Shown here in pieces: positions 24,713 through 38,100 of a DNA stretch of 64,000 nt. The first letter of the stretch is position 1. Each line of letters opens with the position of its first letter. Below the pieces are notes generated by a model. It had not been told where the DNA came from. It did no database searches and saw nothing but the letters and a program-made list of their open reading frames with translations. The translations under genes and the position numbers were made by a program. The stretch is from the human T2T-CHM13v2.0 reference genome, Homo sapiens, in assembly GCF_009914755.1 (NCBI RefSeq), contig NC_060927.1, one strand, 5' to 3'.

Positions 24713-25119
24713 GACAATGCACATTCTTTTATCTTTCAGTGATTTGCCTTAGTAAGTACTTTCTACTAGATTATTATTTTTTCTTTCAAACTATTTTGTT
24801 TTAAGGAGCAATCTTAATGTGATCTTTAAGAAATTAAAGTTCATTAAAGGATTAATGGGTAGATCATAATAACTATGACCTACCAACTAATAACAAGTAA
24901 TCATCAGGGCTTACCACTAGGATTTTAACTAATTTACCTAAGACTCTGAGCACTTGTTTTTGTCTCCTTTAAATGAGACTGTTATCTCTTACTATCTACT
25001 TCCCTAAAAGAGATTCTAAATAACTGTCTTCTTGGTGGAAGAGCAAGAGAATAGAAGTAGCAGTAATGATAGTTGACTTTTATTGAAGGCATATTACTAA
25101 AAATGCCTGTAGAATTTAC

Positions 25120-25226
25120 CTGGATGTCTTCTTGAAGTTCTCTGATTTGTCTTTGTTTGTATCTGTATTTTTCATCAACAGCTCTTTTTTGTTCTTCTAG
25201 TTGAATTTTTAGCTCATACTCATCAC
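25120..25226 (-). CDS. CCDC39: CCDC39 exon 16 ([20 protein letters not shown]...QEDIQ)
   Basis: tttcag| acceptor, CAG|gtaaat donor, 107 nt. Confidence 0.94.
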
Positions 25227-25670
25227 CTGAAATGTAGAACATTTTTAGTTTAAAATTTCAACATACTAAGTAGAAATCAATTTTAAAGTATTATGTAAAT
25301 TGCACCAATATTTTTGTTATGAAAGTTTAAATTTTTTATATCCACTTGTAGAAAAACACTATGGGCATGTAGTAGCCATTTCTTGTTTTGTCAACATAGA
25401 GCAGCAATATGCTGCCATTTTTTTTCAGTCTTTGAATTAATTACCCTAGAGAGGTGATATGCCATACAGATCCTGAACTAATAATGGAAGTAACACCCTA
25501 GAAAACCACTTAGAAAAAAAATGTCGTGGGGGGAGGAAAGAAAAGGGATTAGTTTTTCTGACCCAATCTAACATAGTTTGCTTTTGTTCTTCCTCATGTC
25601 TCACAGTGTTCCTTTTAACTATACACTCGTCACTGTATATATGTATAAAAAAAAGTTAACTCCTACATAC

Positions 25671-25830
25671 TAGATGGAGTCACTTTTTTAAAAGATTGCT
25701 TATAATTGTTGTTACAGCTGTTCAGCACTTGAAGGGTATTTTCTAGAGCGTAGATTTCTTTTTCAGCTTTGTTGATCTTGGCATCCAAACAGTCACCTTC
25801 CCTTTGAAGTTCTTCTTTTTCTTGAGCAGC
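25671..25830 (-). CDS. CCDC39: CCDC39 exon 15 ([33 protein letters not shown]...)
   Basis: ttcatag| acceptor, |gtatgt donor, 160 nt; absent from the ORF track but in phase. Confidence 0.93.
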
Positions 25831-26619
25831 CTATGAAGTACAGAATAGAACTGGTTGAATAAAAGCATTTACTATGGGAAGAAATGCCTAATGGCTGTCT
25901 TTGGAGCAGAAAATAGTTGACTTGTGACAATAACAGTTTATCTCATGGCCTACATATGGCACCAAGCATTTATTTGTTGTGCTTGATTTACAGTGAAAGC
26001 CCAAATTATCAGGCCTTCAAAATATGGCACATAGGATACAGAATTCAAAACCGTGATGGAAATGTAGTAACTAACCAAAGCTTATATAAAAATTTCCAGC
26101 AAAAATTGCCAAAGAGTTAATCAAGTATAAATATTACTGGGAAGAAAGGGAGGGAGGTTTGATACTAGATATTAAATCAGAAGAATGTTTCTGGCCTGAA
26201 AGAGGTTCAGGAACACTTTATTTCAAAATTTAGGAGTAAAAGAGGTAAAATGGCATGTATTTTGCCACAATTTTAAAAATAATTTTTTTAAAAAAAGATC
26301 ATTGTAATAAGTGTGGCTGAAAAAGATGAAGTCTATGAATTGCTAAAGGCCAAAATTATTTCCTCTAAGAGTGGACATACTCAGTGACTTTCTACCAGGG
26401 TAATGCTGTCACTGGGCTAAGCGGTTCTCTAGAGCTGTACCTAAACAATTCCAAAGAACGTCCTAAAGGCTGACATAGATAGTATGCATATATATACATA
26501 TATATGTGTATATATATGCAAGAAAATTTTTAGTCAAAATCACTAATAATTTCATTTTAATTTATTCAGTTCTTAGATGTATGTATTTAAACCTGAATGT
26601 AGTCAATTAGAAATATAAA

Positions 26620-28935
26620 TTTTTTTCTGATTATTTTTATTTGTAAAAATTTATGGAGTACAAGTATATTTTGTTACATGGGTATATTGTGTAGTGGTGA
26701 CTAGTGTACTACCTATCATTGGAATACTGTACATTGTACCCATTAAGTAATTTCTCATTATCCATGTCCCTCTGATACCTCCACCATGCTTCTGAGTCTT
26801 CCGTGTCTATCACTCCACGCTCTACCTCCATGTGTACGCGTTATTTAGCTCCCACATATAAGTGAGAACATATGGTATTTGTTTTTCTGTGCCTGAGTTG
26901 TTTCTCTTAAGATAAGGGCCTCCAGTTATATCTTGTTGCTGTAAAAGACAGGATTTCATTCTTTTTTCTGTCTGGATAGTATTTCATTGTGCATATATAC
27001 CACATTTTCTTGATCCAGTCATCCATCAATGGACACTTCGGTTGAATCCACATCTTTGCTATTGTAAACAGTGCTGCAATAAACATAGGAGTGGAGGTAT
27101 CTTTTTGATTTAATGATTTCTATTCTTTTGTGTAGATACCAGGTAGTAGGACTGCTGGATCAAAAGGTAGTTCTATTTTTAGTTACCTGAGAAACCATTC
27201 TGTTTTCCATAGAGGTTGTGTTAATTTACATTCCCACCAACAGTGTATAACCATTCATTTTTCTCCATATCCACACCAACATCTCTTGTTTTCTGTCTTT
27301 CTAATGGCCATTCTGATTGTTGGCTTTAATTTACATTTCTCTAATGATTAATGATGATGAGCATTTTTTCATATTCTTCTTGGCCATTTGTTTGTCTTCT
27401 TTTGAAAAATGCCTACTCATGTCCTTAGCCCACTTTTTTTTCTTCCAACTTTTAGGTTCAAGGGCTACATGTGCAGGATTGTTACATGGGTAAATTGTGT
27501 GTCATGGAGGTTTGGTGTACAGATTTTTTTGTCACACAGGTAATAAGCATACTTTCCCCAGTGTATGTTCTTGTCAGTTTTGTCCAAGATCAGTTAGCTG
27601 TATGTGGGTCTATTTCTGGGTTCTCTTTTCTGTACCATTGATCTTTGTGTCTCATTTTATACCAGTACCATTGATGTTTTGGTTACTATAGCCTTGTGAT
27701 ATAATTTGAAGTCAGATGATGTAATCCCTCCAGCTTTGTTCTTTTTGCTTAGGATTACTTTGGTTATTTGGATTTTTGTGTTGCATGTGAATTTTAGGAT
27801 TGTTCTAATTCTGTGAAAAATGAAATTGGTATTTTGATAGGGGTTGCATTGAATCTGTAGATTCCTTTGGGCACCATGGTCATTTTACCAATATTAATTC
27901 TTCCAATCCATGAGCATGTAATGTTTTTACCTTTGTGTCATCTATAATTTCTTTCATCAGTGTTTTGTAGTTTTCCTTATGGAGCTCTTTTACCTCCTTG
28001 GTTAAATACATTTCTAGGTACTGTTTTTGTATCTGTTATAAATGGAATTGCCTTCTTCATTTGGTTCTCAGCTATATCATTATTAGTGTTTAGAAATGCT
28101 ATGGATTTTTGTACCTTGATTTTGTATCCCGAAACTGCTGAATTCATTTATCCAATCTAAGATTTTTTTTGGTGGAGTTCTTAGGGCTTTCTAGATGTAA
28201 GATCATATCATGTGAACACAGATAATTTAACTTCCTCTTTTCCTATTTGAAAGACTTTCATTTATTTCTCTTGCCTGATTGCTGTGGTTAGGACTTCCAG
28301 TACTATGTTTAATAGGAGTGGTGAAAGTGGGCATCCTTGTCTTGTTCTAATTCTTACGGGAAATGCCTTCAGCTCTTTCCCCATTCGATACGATGTTGGC
28401 TGTGGGTTTGTCATAGATGGCATCTATTATTTTGAGGTATGTTCCCTCTATGCCTGGTTTATGGAGGGTTTTGTCATGAAGGAATGCTGAATTTTATCAC
28501 ATTGCTTTATCTGCATCTATTGAGATGATTATATGATTTTTGTCTTTAATTGTGTTTATGTGATGTATCATGTTTATTAAGTTGCATATACTAAACCATC
28601 CTTTCATCCCTGGCATAAAACCCCCTTCATCATGGTGTATTATCTTCCTGATGTGCTGTTGGACTCAATTTGCTAGTATTTTGCTGGAGATTTTTGTGTC
28701 TGTGGTCTATGTTCATCAGGAATATTGATTTATCGTTTTCTTTTTTGTGTTGTGTCCTTGTCTGGTTTTGGTATCAGTGTGATACTGGCCTTATAGAATG
28801 AGTTAGGGAGCATTCCCTCCTCCTCAATATTTTGGAACAGTTTCAGGAGGATTTGTATTAGTTCTTCTTTGTATGCTTGGTAGAATTTAGCTGTTACTAC
28901 ATCTTACCCTGGGCTTTTTTGTTGTTGTTTGGAGA

Positions 28936-28978
<43 letters not shown>

Positions 28979-31900
28979 GGATTCATTCTTGCTATTTATA
29001 TTATCGGTTTATTCGGGATTTTTGTTTCTTCCTGGTTCAACCTTGGGAGGGTGTATTATATGTTTCCAGAAATTTATCTGTTTCCAGGAATCCATTTACT
29101 CTAGGTTTTCTAATTTATAAGTTAGTATAGTCCCTGATGATCTTTCATATTTCTGTAGTTCAGTTGTAATGTCTCCTTTTTGTTTTCCGATTTTGTTTGC
29201 TTGGATCTCTGTTCTTGATTAGCTAGCAGTTTATCAATTTTGTTTGTCATTTGAGGAACAAAGTTTTAATTTCCTTGATCATTTGTAAATTTTTTTGTCT
29301 CTATTTCATTTAGTTTTGCTTCTGATCTGTTATTGCTTTTGTTCTGCTAACTTTGGTTTGGTTTTGTTTTTTTTCTTGTTTTGCTAATTCCTTGAGGTGC
29401 AGTGTTAGGTTGTTAATTGATGATCTTTCTACATTTTTGATATAGGCATTTAATGCTATAAACATCCCCCTTAGCATTCCTTTTGCTCTATCCCACAGGT
29501 TTTGGTATGTTGTGTATCCATTTTCATTCATTTCAAAAATTTTTTTAAATTTCCATCCTGATTTCTTTGTTAACCCAGTGATCATTTAGGAGCATATTGT
29601 TTAATTTCCATATATCTGTAAAGTGCCCAAAGTTTTCTGAGCATTGATTGCCGGTTTTTCACTCCACTGTGGTCTGAGAAGATTTTTTTTTTTATTTTTT
29701 TTGAGACTTGTTTTCTGGCTTGTCTTGGAGATGTTCCATGTGCTTATGAAAAGAAGGTATATTATGCAGTCGTTGGGTAGAATGTTCTGTAGATGTCTGT
29801 TAACGTCCATTTGGTCTAAAGCCCGATTTAAGTCCAGTGTTTCTTTGTTGATTTTCTGTCTTGATAATCTGCCTAGTGCTGTCAGTGGGGTGTTGACCCA
29901 CCATTATTGTCTTGCTCTTTCTTTATTTCAATCTGGTAATGCTTGTTTTATGAATCTAGGTGCTGCAGTGTTGTGCATATATAATTAGGATTGTTATATC
30001 CTCTTGCAGAAGTAATCCCTTTATCATTATATAATAACCTTCTTTGTCTTCTTTTACTGTTTTGATTTAATATCTCTTTTATCTAATATAAGTAAAGCTA
30101 CTCCTACTTGCTTTTGGTTTCCATGGAATGTCTTTTTCCACCCCTTTACTTTCAGTATATATGTCTTTTCCAATAAGGTGAGTTTCATATAAGCAGCATA
30201 TTGTTGGATCACATTTTTTATCCATTCCACCATCTATATGTTTTAATTGGGTCGTTTGATCCATTTACATTCAAACTTATATTGATATGTATGATTTTGT
30301 TCCTGTCATATTTTCAACTGTTACCTAGTTGGTTTATAAATTATTTCTTTTTTTTCTCTGTGTGGTCGTCTGTGTTTTGGTAGAATTCTGTTATGTTGCC
30401 AGTGATGCCTTTCTCTTCCTCTTTTGTGTGTTTGTTTTATAAGACCTTTGAGTCCTGTACTTTTGTGTGTTTTCACGATGGTGAATACTGACATTTTGTT
30501 TCCATTTTAAAACTCCTTTGAGCATTTCTTAGAGGACCAGTCTAGTGGTGAAGAATTCCCTTAGTGTTTGCTTTGCTGGGTATTTCTTCTTCCTTTATGA
30601 AGCTTATTCTTGCTGGATATAAAATTGGGGGCTGACAGGTGTTTTTTGGTTTTATTTTGTTCTGTTTTTGTTTTTGTTTTCCTTTTAGTGCTTTGAAAAT
30701 TCTGTCCCATTCTTTTCTGTCCTATAAGATTTCTGCTGAGAAGTCTGCTGTTATTCTGATGGGGTTTCCTTTATAGGTGACTAGATGCTTTTCTCTTGCT
30801 AATTTTAACTTTTCTCTTGCAGTTTCACTTTGACTTTAGACATTCTGATTACAATACACCATGATGAGGTATTGTTTTGAAATGTATTTTCCTGGGGATT
30901 GCTGGGCCTCTTGTGTCTCGGCGTCTAACTCTCTTACTAGACTTGAGATGTTTTCATCAATTATTTCCTTAAATGGGCTTTCTAAACTTATTTCTCTCTC
31001 TTACCCCTCAGGCATAACTGATAATTTGTAAGTTCAGTCACTTTACTAGTTCCAAACATCTTGAAGGCCTTGTTCACTCTTTTTTATTCTTTTTTTTTTA
31101 ATTTGTCTGACTGGATTATTTTAAAAGACCTGTCTTCAAGGTCTGAGATTCTCTCTGTTGCTTGTCTAGTCTGTTATTGACTCTTTCTTTTGCTTGTGTA
31201 GTCTATTTTTCTTTTTTTTTTTTTTTAAGATATCTCCTTGGTGAATTTTTTGCTCATACCCTGAATTGATTTCTGATTTCTTTATATTGGTTTTCAGATT
31301 TCTCTTGCATCTAATTGAGCTTCTATCAATATTTTGAATTTTTCATCTGGCATTTCAAGGATTTCTTTTTGAGTGGGATCTATTGCTGAACAGTTGTTAT
31401 ATGGTGGGTCACATTTCCTTGCTTTTTCATGGTTCCTGTGTCCTTCCATTGATAGATGCATATCTCATGTAACAGTTGCTTCTGCTAATTTTTTGAAATT
31501 GCTTTCCTAGGAGAGGATTTTCTCCTGAAGAAGTACATATGTAGTTGGTGTTTTGATGTGGGGTGCCTGTGGTAGTGTGGTCTTTGTATGATTTCTTAGG
31601 CAGTACACAGGTTCAGTGGTATCTGTGATTTCCTCAGTGACTTAAGGTATGGTTATTAGTTGAGCTTTGGTGAAGTTTTGCTGGGGTCTAGGATGCCAGG
31701 TAAGCCTGTCTTTGGGCCCCATTGGTGGCAGTGGTGGGCTGAGTGTATCTATTCTCAGGCCAGAGAGTAGCTTATACTGTCACTGGTGTTAGTGGATCCT
31801 GGAAGGCTGATTCTTGGGCCTCTGGGTAGCTTGCTCAGATGTTGGTAGTGGGAATGGTGGGCCCGACATGCAGGCGGGTTTTCAGGCCCCTGGGCAGCTG

Positions 31901-33010
31901 GTGTGATGCAGGTAATGGCAGTAGCGGTGGTAAAGCAACTCACTGGAACCCAGAAGGTCCATACTGGTGTTGCTGGTAGCTGCAATGGGTTGGACATGCT
32001 GGTCCTCTGGCCTGTTGGTAGTGCATGGGAGTGGGTGTCAGCTGTGGTGGTATTTGTAGGTTGAATTGCCCCAACTTCAGACTCTAGCAGGACTGATCAT
32101 GTGCCAACAGTGATGCACTGGGTTAGTAAATATCTGGGCCCCTGGATGGCATACTTGAGTACTTGGGGGATGGGTTTGGGCCAGCAGACTAGTCCCAGGC
32201 CCCTTGGTAATACCTTTAAGGAGGTTCTGGCTGTGACAGTCAAAGGTGGGGTGGTTCCCAGGACACTGGCAGAATACTCAGATATGGGCTGTGGTGGCTG
32301 TGCTGTAGGCCTGCCACCAGGGAGGGTGCAACCTTTCTCAGGTGGAACAGCATGGGTAAGAAGCTGTAGGAAGTCCCACAGCAGCCATAGTGGGACAGCA
32401 GGAATCGTCACCAGAGTACATGGGAGTGCCTGGTCTCTTTTCTCCCTCCTTGGATCGGAGACAGCTGCAGCAATGTCAACCTGCACTTGGCCCAAATGTG
32501 GGGCACGGTGTAGCATTAAACTCTCCAAATGCTCCTGGCTGTGGCCTTGCAACCAGAATGCAGGGTTCCTCTCAGGTGAGGTGCTCAGGTGGGTAACAAG
32601 TTGTGAGGAGTGCAGTCTTCTCACACCTCCGTCTCACAACAGCCAGTAGCAAGGTCGTGGGAATTGTCTTAGGGGTGCACTGGAGTGCTTGGTCACCCCT
32701 CTCCCACCTTGGACAGGTGGTAGTTGCAGTAGTGTTTCAAGGCACAGCCCAGCGTTAAATTCTCAAAATGGCAAAATCCTAAATCTACTACATCAAGAAA
32801 CAGAATCCACTACATTGAAAAACAGACTTACATTGAAAAAACAAAAATTAACTTCTAAGTGGCAAGGTTTTTCCCAGCAGTGAAAATGCTATGGGCCCAT
32901 GGCCAGAGAGGTTGTGGTTCCTCTCAGGTGATTTACATGGGTAGGAAGCTGTGGGGAGTACAGTCTGCTTATGTGTCACTTTCACAGCAGCCTGCAGCAG
33001 GGCAGGGGGA
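26620..33010 (-). mobile_element. Long degenerate L1 (L1PB/L1MA age), antisense, with a nested L1PA 3' fragment at ~27435-27552
   Basis: 3' UTR at left; ORF2 remnants ([22 protein letters not shown]; DPTICCL.ETHL); GC-richer 5' region at 31.6-33 kb. Confidence 0.85.
28939..28977. repeat. (TTA)n microsatellite
   Basis: About 13 tta units seen directly. Confidence 0.95.
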
Positions 33011-33689
33011 ATTGTAAAGATAAGTTTTATTAGTAATATTTCCATTCTTAACATTTTCACTGGCATTTATTTTATCGTGCTTCAGAACATTAGTTACACA
33101 TATTTTGTGATAAGTATTACATAATTTTAAAAAGTTTAGCAAAAAAATTATAGAAATTATATCTAATTCCTTTGAGTCTCAAATTGGTAACCCCATTTCA
33201 TCTGAAATATAAAAGAATAGTGGGAAAATGAGCTGGAATGAGCCAAACAAATTTTAGTTGTGGACTACTGGGTCAGTTTCTTCATTTTTCAAATGAAGGA
33301 GTTGAATTTGTTCATTTTATGCAAATTCCTGATATAATTCCATGTATAGCTTGAAGTTCTAAAATTCTGATTCCATTCGCTTCTAAATCAGAGATGATAT
33401 ATCTCTCAAAAGTCTGTCCAATATTTTCAAGTAACTTAATTGGACAGTGTCATTAAATTGCAGTCAGAACTATACTGTTTCCTTATAAAGACTAAGAGGA
33501 ACTTGGAAATGAGATTTGAAAAATACTAGTCCTTCACTGGTTACTAATTATATTTTTCAGTTTGGCCTTTAAGGGTTAGATATTATAAGATACTAGAGTT
33601 GATGAAAAAGCCATGTATGCCCCATAGAACAAAGACCAAAGACAGGAGCTTACTACAAGACCAAAGACAGGAGCTATGAATTGAGCTGT

Positions 33690-34441
33690 GTCCCTTATAA
33701 GAAGATATGTTGATATCCCAACCTGTGGTACCCCAGAAGGTGACCTTATTTGGAAATAGGGTCTTTGCAGATATAGTCAAGTTAAATGGAGGTCATTAGG
33801 TTGGTCCTAATCTGATATAACTGGTATCCTTATTAAAATGGGAAATTTGGACAGAGGGAAAACTGTGTGAAGAGACACAGGAAGGAACACCATGTAAAGA
33901 TGAAGGCAGATTTCAGGGTGATGCATTTACAAACTAAGGAACACCAAAGATTGTCAGCAGACCACCAGAAGCTAGGAGAGAGGCATAGAACAGGTTATTC
34001 TTCATAGCCTTCAGAGGAAACCAACCCTATCAACACCTTCATCTTGGACTTCTAGACTCCAGATGTATCAGATATATATTTCCTTTTTTTTGAGACGGAG
34101 TCTCACTCTGTCGCCCAGGCTAGAGTGCAGTGGTGCAATCTTGGCTCACTGCAAGCTCCGCCTCCTGGGTTCATGCCATTCTGCCTCAGCCTCCCGAGGA
34201 GCTGGGACTACAGGTGCCCACCACCACACCCGGCTAATTTTTTGTATTTTTAGTAGAGATGGGGTTTCACCATGTTAGCCAGGATGGTCTCGATCTCCTG
34301 ACCTCGTGATCCACCCACCTCGGCCTCCCAAAATTCTGGGATTACAGGCGTGAGCTACTGCACCTGGCCTGAGACATATATTTCTGTTGTTTAAACCATC
34401 TAGTTTATTGTATTTTGTTACAGCAGCCCTAGAAACTAATA
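33690..34441. mobile_element. MLT1 (MaLR) LTR interrupted by an antisense Alu at ~34084-34369
   Basis: gtgaccttatttggaaatagggtctttgcagat...ttgttacagcagccctagaaactaat; the Alu has TSD ga(t/c)atatatttc. Confidence 0.8.
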
Positions 34442-34446
34442 AAAAG

Positions 34447-34660
34447 GGTCAACAAGCTTTGTCTGTAAAGGGCCAAATAGTAATTAGACTTTATGGGCCA
34501 TTCAGTCTGTCGAAACTACTTCATTCTGTCATTGTAGCATGTAAGCAGCCATAAACAATATATAAATGAATAAGTGTATGTATTTTGTCTTCCAGTACTT
34601 ACTTACAAAACAAGTGGTGGGCAGCATTTGGCTGGAGTGCATAGTTTGCTGAGGCCTCAT
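34447..34660. mobile_element. MER58A-like hAT element
   Basis: tctgtaaagggccaaatagtaa...gcatagtttgctga. Confidence 0.7.
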
Positions 34661-37331
34661 CCACAACATTCAGAAAACACAACAGTGGTTAGCATTGTAA
34701 TCAAATTCCTATTACCCACAGCCATAAACATAATATATGTATCCATCAGGAGAGATCCCTTTGTAGATAACATAAGAAGAATAAGGGAAGGGAAAAAATT
34801 TTGAACTGACTAAATTTAAATCCTAAATCTACTACATCAACAAACAGAATCCACTACGTTGGAAAACAGACTTACATTGAAAAAACAAAACTTAACTTCT
34901 AATTGGCAAGGTTTGTCCCAGCAGTGAAAATGCCAAGGTACTATTTTCAAATAGTTAAAAATTCTTATACAAATATGAAATGAACTTTTATTAAAGGTTT
35001 TACTCAACTTGTTAATGAAGAGCCAGTAAGATATTTAGACTTATTTCAAAGAAGAATATGAAAACAGATTTTATATTATAGACATGTTGAATCAGAAATG
35101 CTGACATGAATTTGCTGGTAGATGCAAAACATATTAATATATTTTAGTGTAATAAACTTCAGTGCTTGGGTTATCTTTTCTACAGAGCAGAGTTGTATTT
35201 CTACTGGCCAAAATTCATTTACATTGTTAGCAGCAAGATATCACTTACGTTACTATCAGTTGTCTGCAAGTTAGTTATCATCTATACCTACAGAGTTGTA
35301 AAATAAACTAGTCAATAGAGAGTCGAAGGTCTGCACTCCTATAGAATCAGATAATACCTGGAGGGCCCACTAGAAAATGCCAACACCTTGGTATCACCAT
35401 GCACTGGCATCATTGCACCCATGGTTTGCTTTTCTCTATTTTTCAGGCCATAATTTTTCCTGATATAAGCTAGACTGAGTTTAGTTATTATTTAAGTTTC
35501 ATTTTTACACATCTGAGACTTGTGAAGTGTTACCAGTAAAAAGTGTAAACATGCTATACAACAACAACAACAAAAAATGGGAATAACTGCGTGGCAAGCT
35601 GTGGATCCCAGAGAAGATGGAAGATAAGAAATATGGCATCAGGACATTGAGAAAGTAACTGATAGCCTCAGTTCATTTAGCATAATCATTATTCTGATAT
35701 TTATCCAGCACTTTCACTGTAAACAGAAGGAATATTCTTTCTTCATATAAAACTTGTCTGTGTTCCTGTGAGTTAGGTTAATCAGCATCATCACAGTAAT
35801 AATAATAACTAACATTTATTGAGGACTCATTTTGTGCCAGCCACCGTCCCAAGGGCTTTACATGTATTTTCTCTTTTCTCCCAACAAAAGTAACAATATT
35901 ACCCTCTTCATTTTCCAAGTGAGGAAACTTAGGCCTCACATGGTTAAGTAACTTATTCCTGGTCACCTACCGAAGCAGTGGTAGGATATGGATGAAGGCA
36001 CACTTAACACCAGTACTTTTAGGTAACCCATCACACCACTTGTTAGAGAAACTTAATTGGAATTGCAACATCTTCCGATTTCCCAATACCTAAAAAATTA
36101 GAGCCTACCCTTTATCCTTCAGGAACTTTTAAAACCTGAGAGGAGAAAAGTCCTGTTTGGGCAGAAGCCTGAGGTATTACAGACTGACAAGTTATAAGAA
36201 AGTTTTGAGAGCTGGGACTGATTTCTCATAGGGAAGGCAGAATTTCAAGCAAAGTGACAGGCATACCATACTTGCTGCATTTGTTAGGGGCAGATTTGAA
36301 GAAGAGCTACAGGAGAAAATTTGGCCAATTAAGTTGGTAGAAATCAAAGGGAGAGAGCATCCACAAGAGCCATTCTCTGAAGGTGTGAACTGGAAGATGA
36401 TCTCACCCCTATTCATGTATGGTACAGGGAAGTGAGTCAAAGTTACAAGTTCCATCCCTTGTTTGTAGCATTTTGAGTAATTTCCTAGACCTTTCTGTAA
36501 AGGAAATTACTCCTGTTCAGGGTATTTTCTACATGGGAAAGATGAATATAGCAGTGCTTAGAGAATAGCATTCAATTCCACATCACTTAATGAATTTCCC
36601 CTTTGGGTTAAAGATAACCATGGGATGACAGACAACTGTCAAACATCAGAAAAAAACAGATTCACCTGGTCTGTCTCCCTATAATATCATATTATAGGGA
36701 TATATGGGCAGGGAAGCAGCCCTCTTCCTCTCTGAACAGCTGCCATACCAGGACTCTAATGGTAAACTGGAGTTTAAAATTCAGAGGTGGTGTAGCTCCA
36801 AGAAATGCTAAGGTCCAGCCAGGGTGTGGCATAAGAGTGGGTGGCTATAGTGAAGTAAAGGAAAGCTTTAAGCCTCAATTGTTGAACAGGTTGTCACATG
36901 CATACCAAAGACACTTAGAGTGATAATAGGTCTTAAAAAGATTACGAATCTTGCCTAGGAGAAATGACATTCTGCAAATAATAGCAAAAAGAAAAAAGTG
37001 TCAAAGAATGGTCAAGTAGAATGACCTGAACTCAAAAGAAGAAGACTTCTGGAGCAAGTTCACAGTAAGTTTTGGGAATCAGAGGGCAGTGCTTGACCTC
37101 ACGGACTAGAGGTATATAGAATGAATACTGCTTTCAGTATCTCCATTTAGGAATGAATGTTTTGGCCTTTGTTAAGTGTAATAGTGGCCCTAATTAAGTG
37201 AAATAGTTGCTAGATTTCATGGAGGGAAAGTTGCAATATTGTTGTTTTTTTATTTAAATTCAGAGGATTATGATGAATGAGTTAACAAAGAAAATTTCAT
37301 ACCATCACAACTGTGAATCAATTAAAATTAC

Positions 37332-37455
37332 CTTTATTACATAATAGGCCTGTGTTTTCTCCTCTTCTCCTTCAGGAGGCAGCATAACAACAGTCAGAAT
37401 TTCATATCTATTCTTCAGCTTCTCAATTTTACTTAGCCGCTCGCGAAACTCAGTG
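37332..37455 (-). CDS. CCDC39: CCDC39 exon 14 ([19 protein letters not shown]...AYYVIK)
   Basis: cttattag| acceptor, AAG|gtaatt donor, 124 nt. Confidence 0.94.
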
Positions 37456-37510
37456 CTAATAAGAAAAAGAAACACTGAGAAATGAATAACATACTTTACA
37501 ATTTTTAAAG

Positions 37511-37695
37511 GACTATCAAGTGTTCTTATTGAAGACATTTGGATTTGTGTTACTACTAAACTCAAACAGGTTAAATTTGTTCTCACGTTTTAATTTAATA
37601 AAAAGACTATCAGGTGTTCTTATTGAAGACATTTGGATTTGTGTAACTACTAAACTCAAACAGATTAAATTTGTTCTCACGTTTTAATTTAATAA
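37511..37695. repeat. Tandem duplication, two copies of a ~94-bp unit
   Basis: gactatca.gtgttcttattgaagacatttggatttgtgt... occurs at 37511 and 37605. Confidence 0.95.
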
Positions 37696-37699
37696 TTCA

Positions 37700-38100
37700 G
37701 TGTGAAGGATCTGATATTTACCCTACTTGAAAGCTGACAAGTTAGCCTGCCACAGTTTCATTGTGTCTTTTGCTGGCAGAAGACACAATCCCTGTTTCAG
37801 AGACAACGGACTTTATTTCTCATGACACAGCAAGAAGCATAAGATTCCTGTTTGACTGGCTCCCCTTGCTCCCTACATCCCATGGGAGCAAGAAGGGGCT
37901 CAAGTGGATGCTGCAAACAGTAGATTTGCATCACAGCTGAGGAATCTCAAGCCTAGGTAACCCAAATATTTTATAGTGGGAAATAAGCAAACATGCCTAA
38001 CTTTTGCTCCAGAAGGAGATACTACCTCTAGTTTCTGAGGCTGTTTGCTATTCAAACGTCTTTAAAAAGATAGTCCAAACAGGGCGGTTGAGAATTGTCT
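37700..38100. mobile_element. Old ERVL-type LTR relic (subfamily uncertain)
   Basis: ggatctgatatttaccctacttgaaagctgacaagttagcctgccacagtttcat resembles a recalled LTR start. Confidence 0.45.

Noticed and set aside
32097-32649. Overlapping 175- and 182-aa ORFs on opposite strands
   Set aside because: They lie in the GC-rich 5' region of a decayed L1; no splice context or protein similarity
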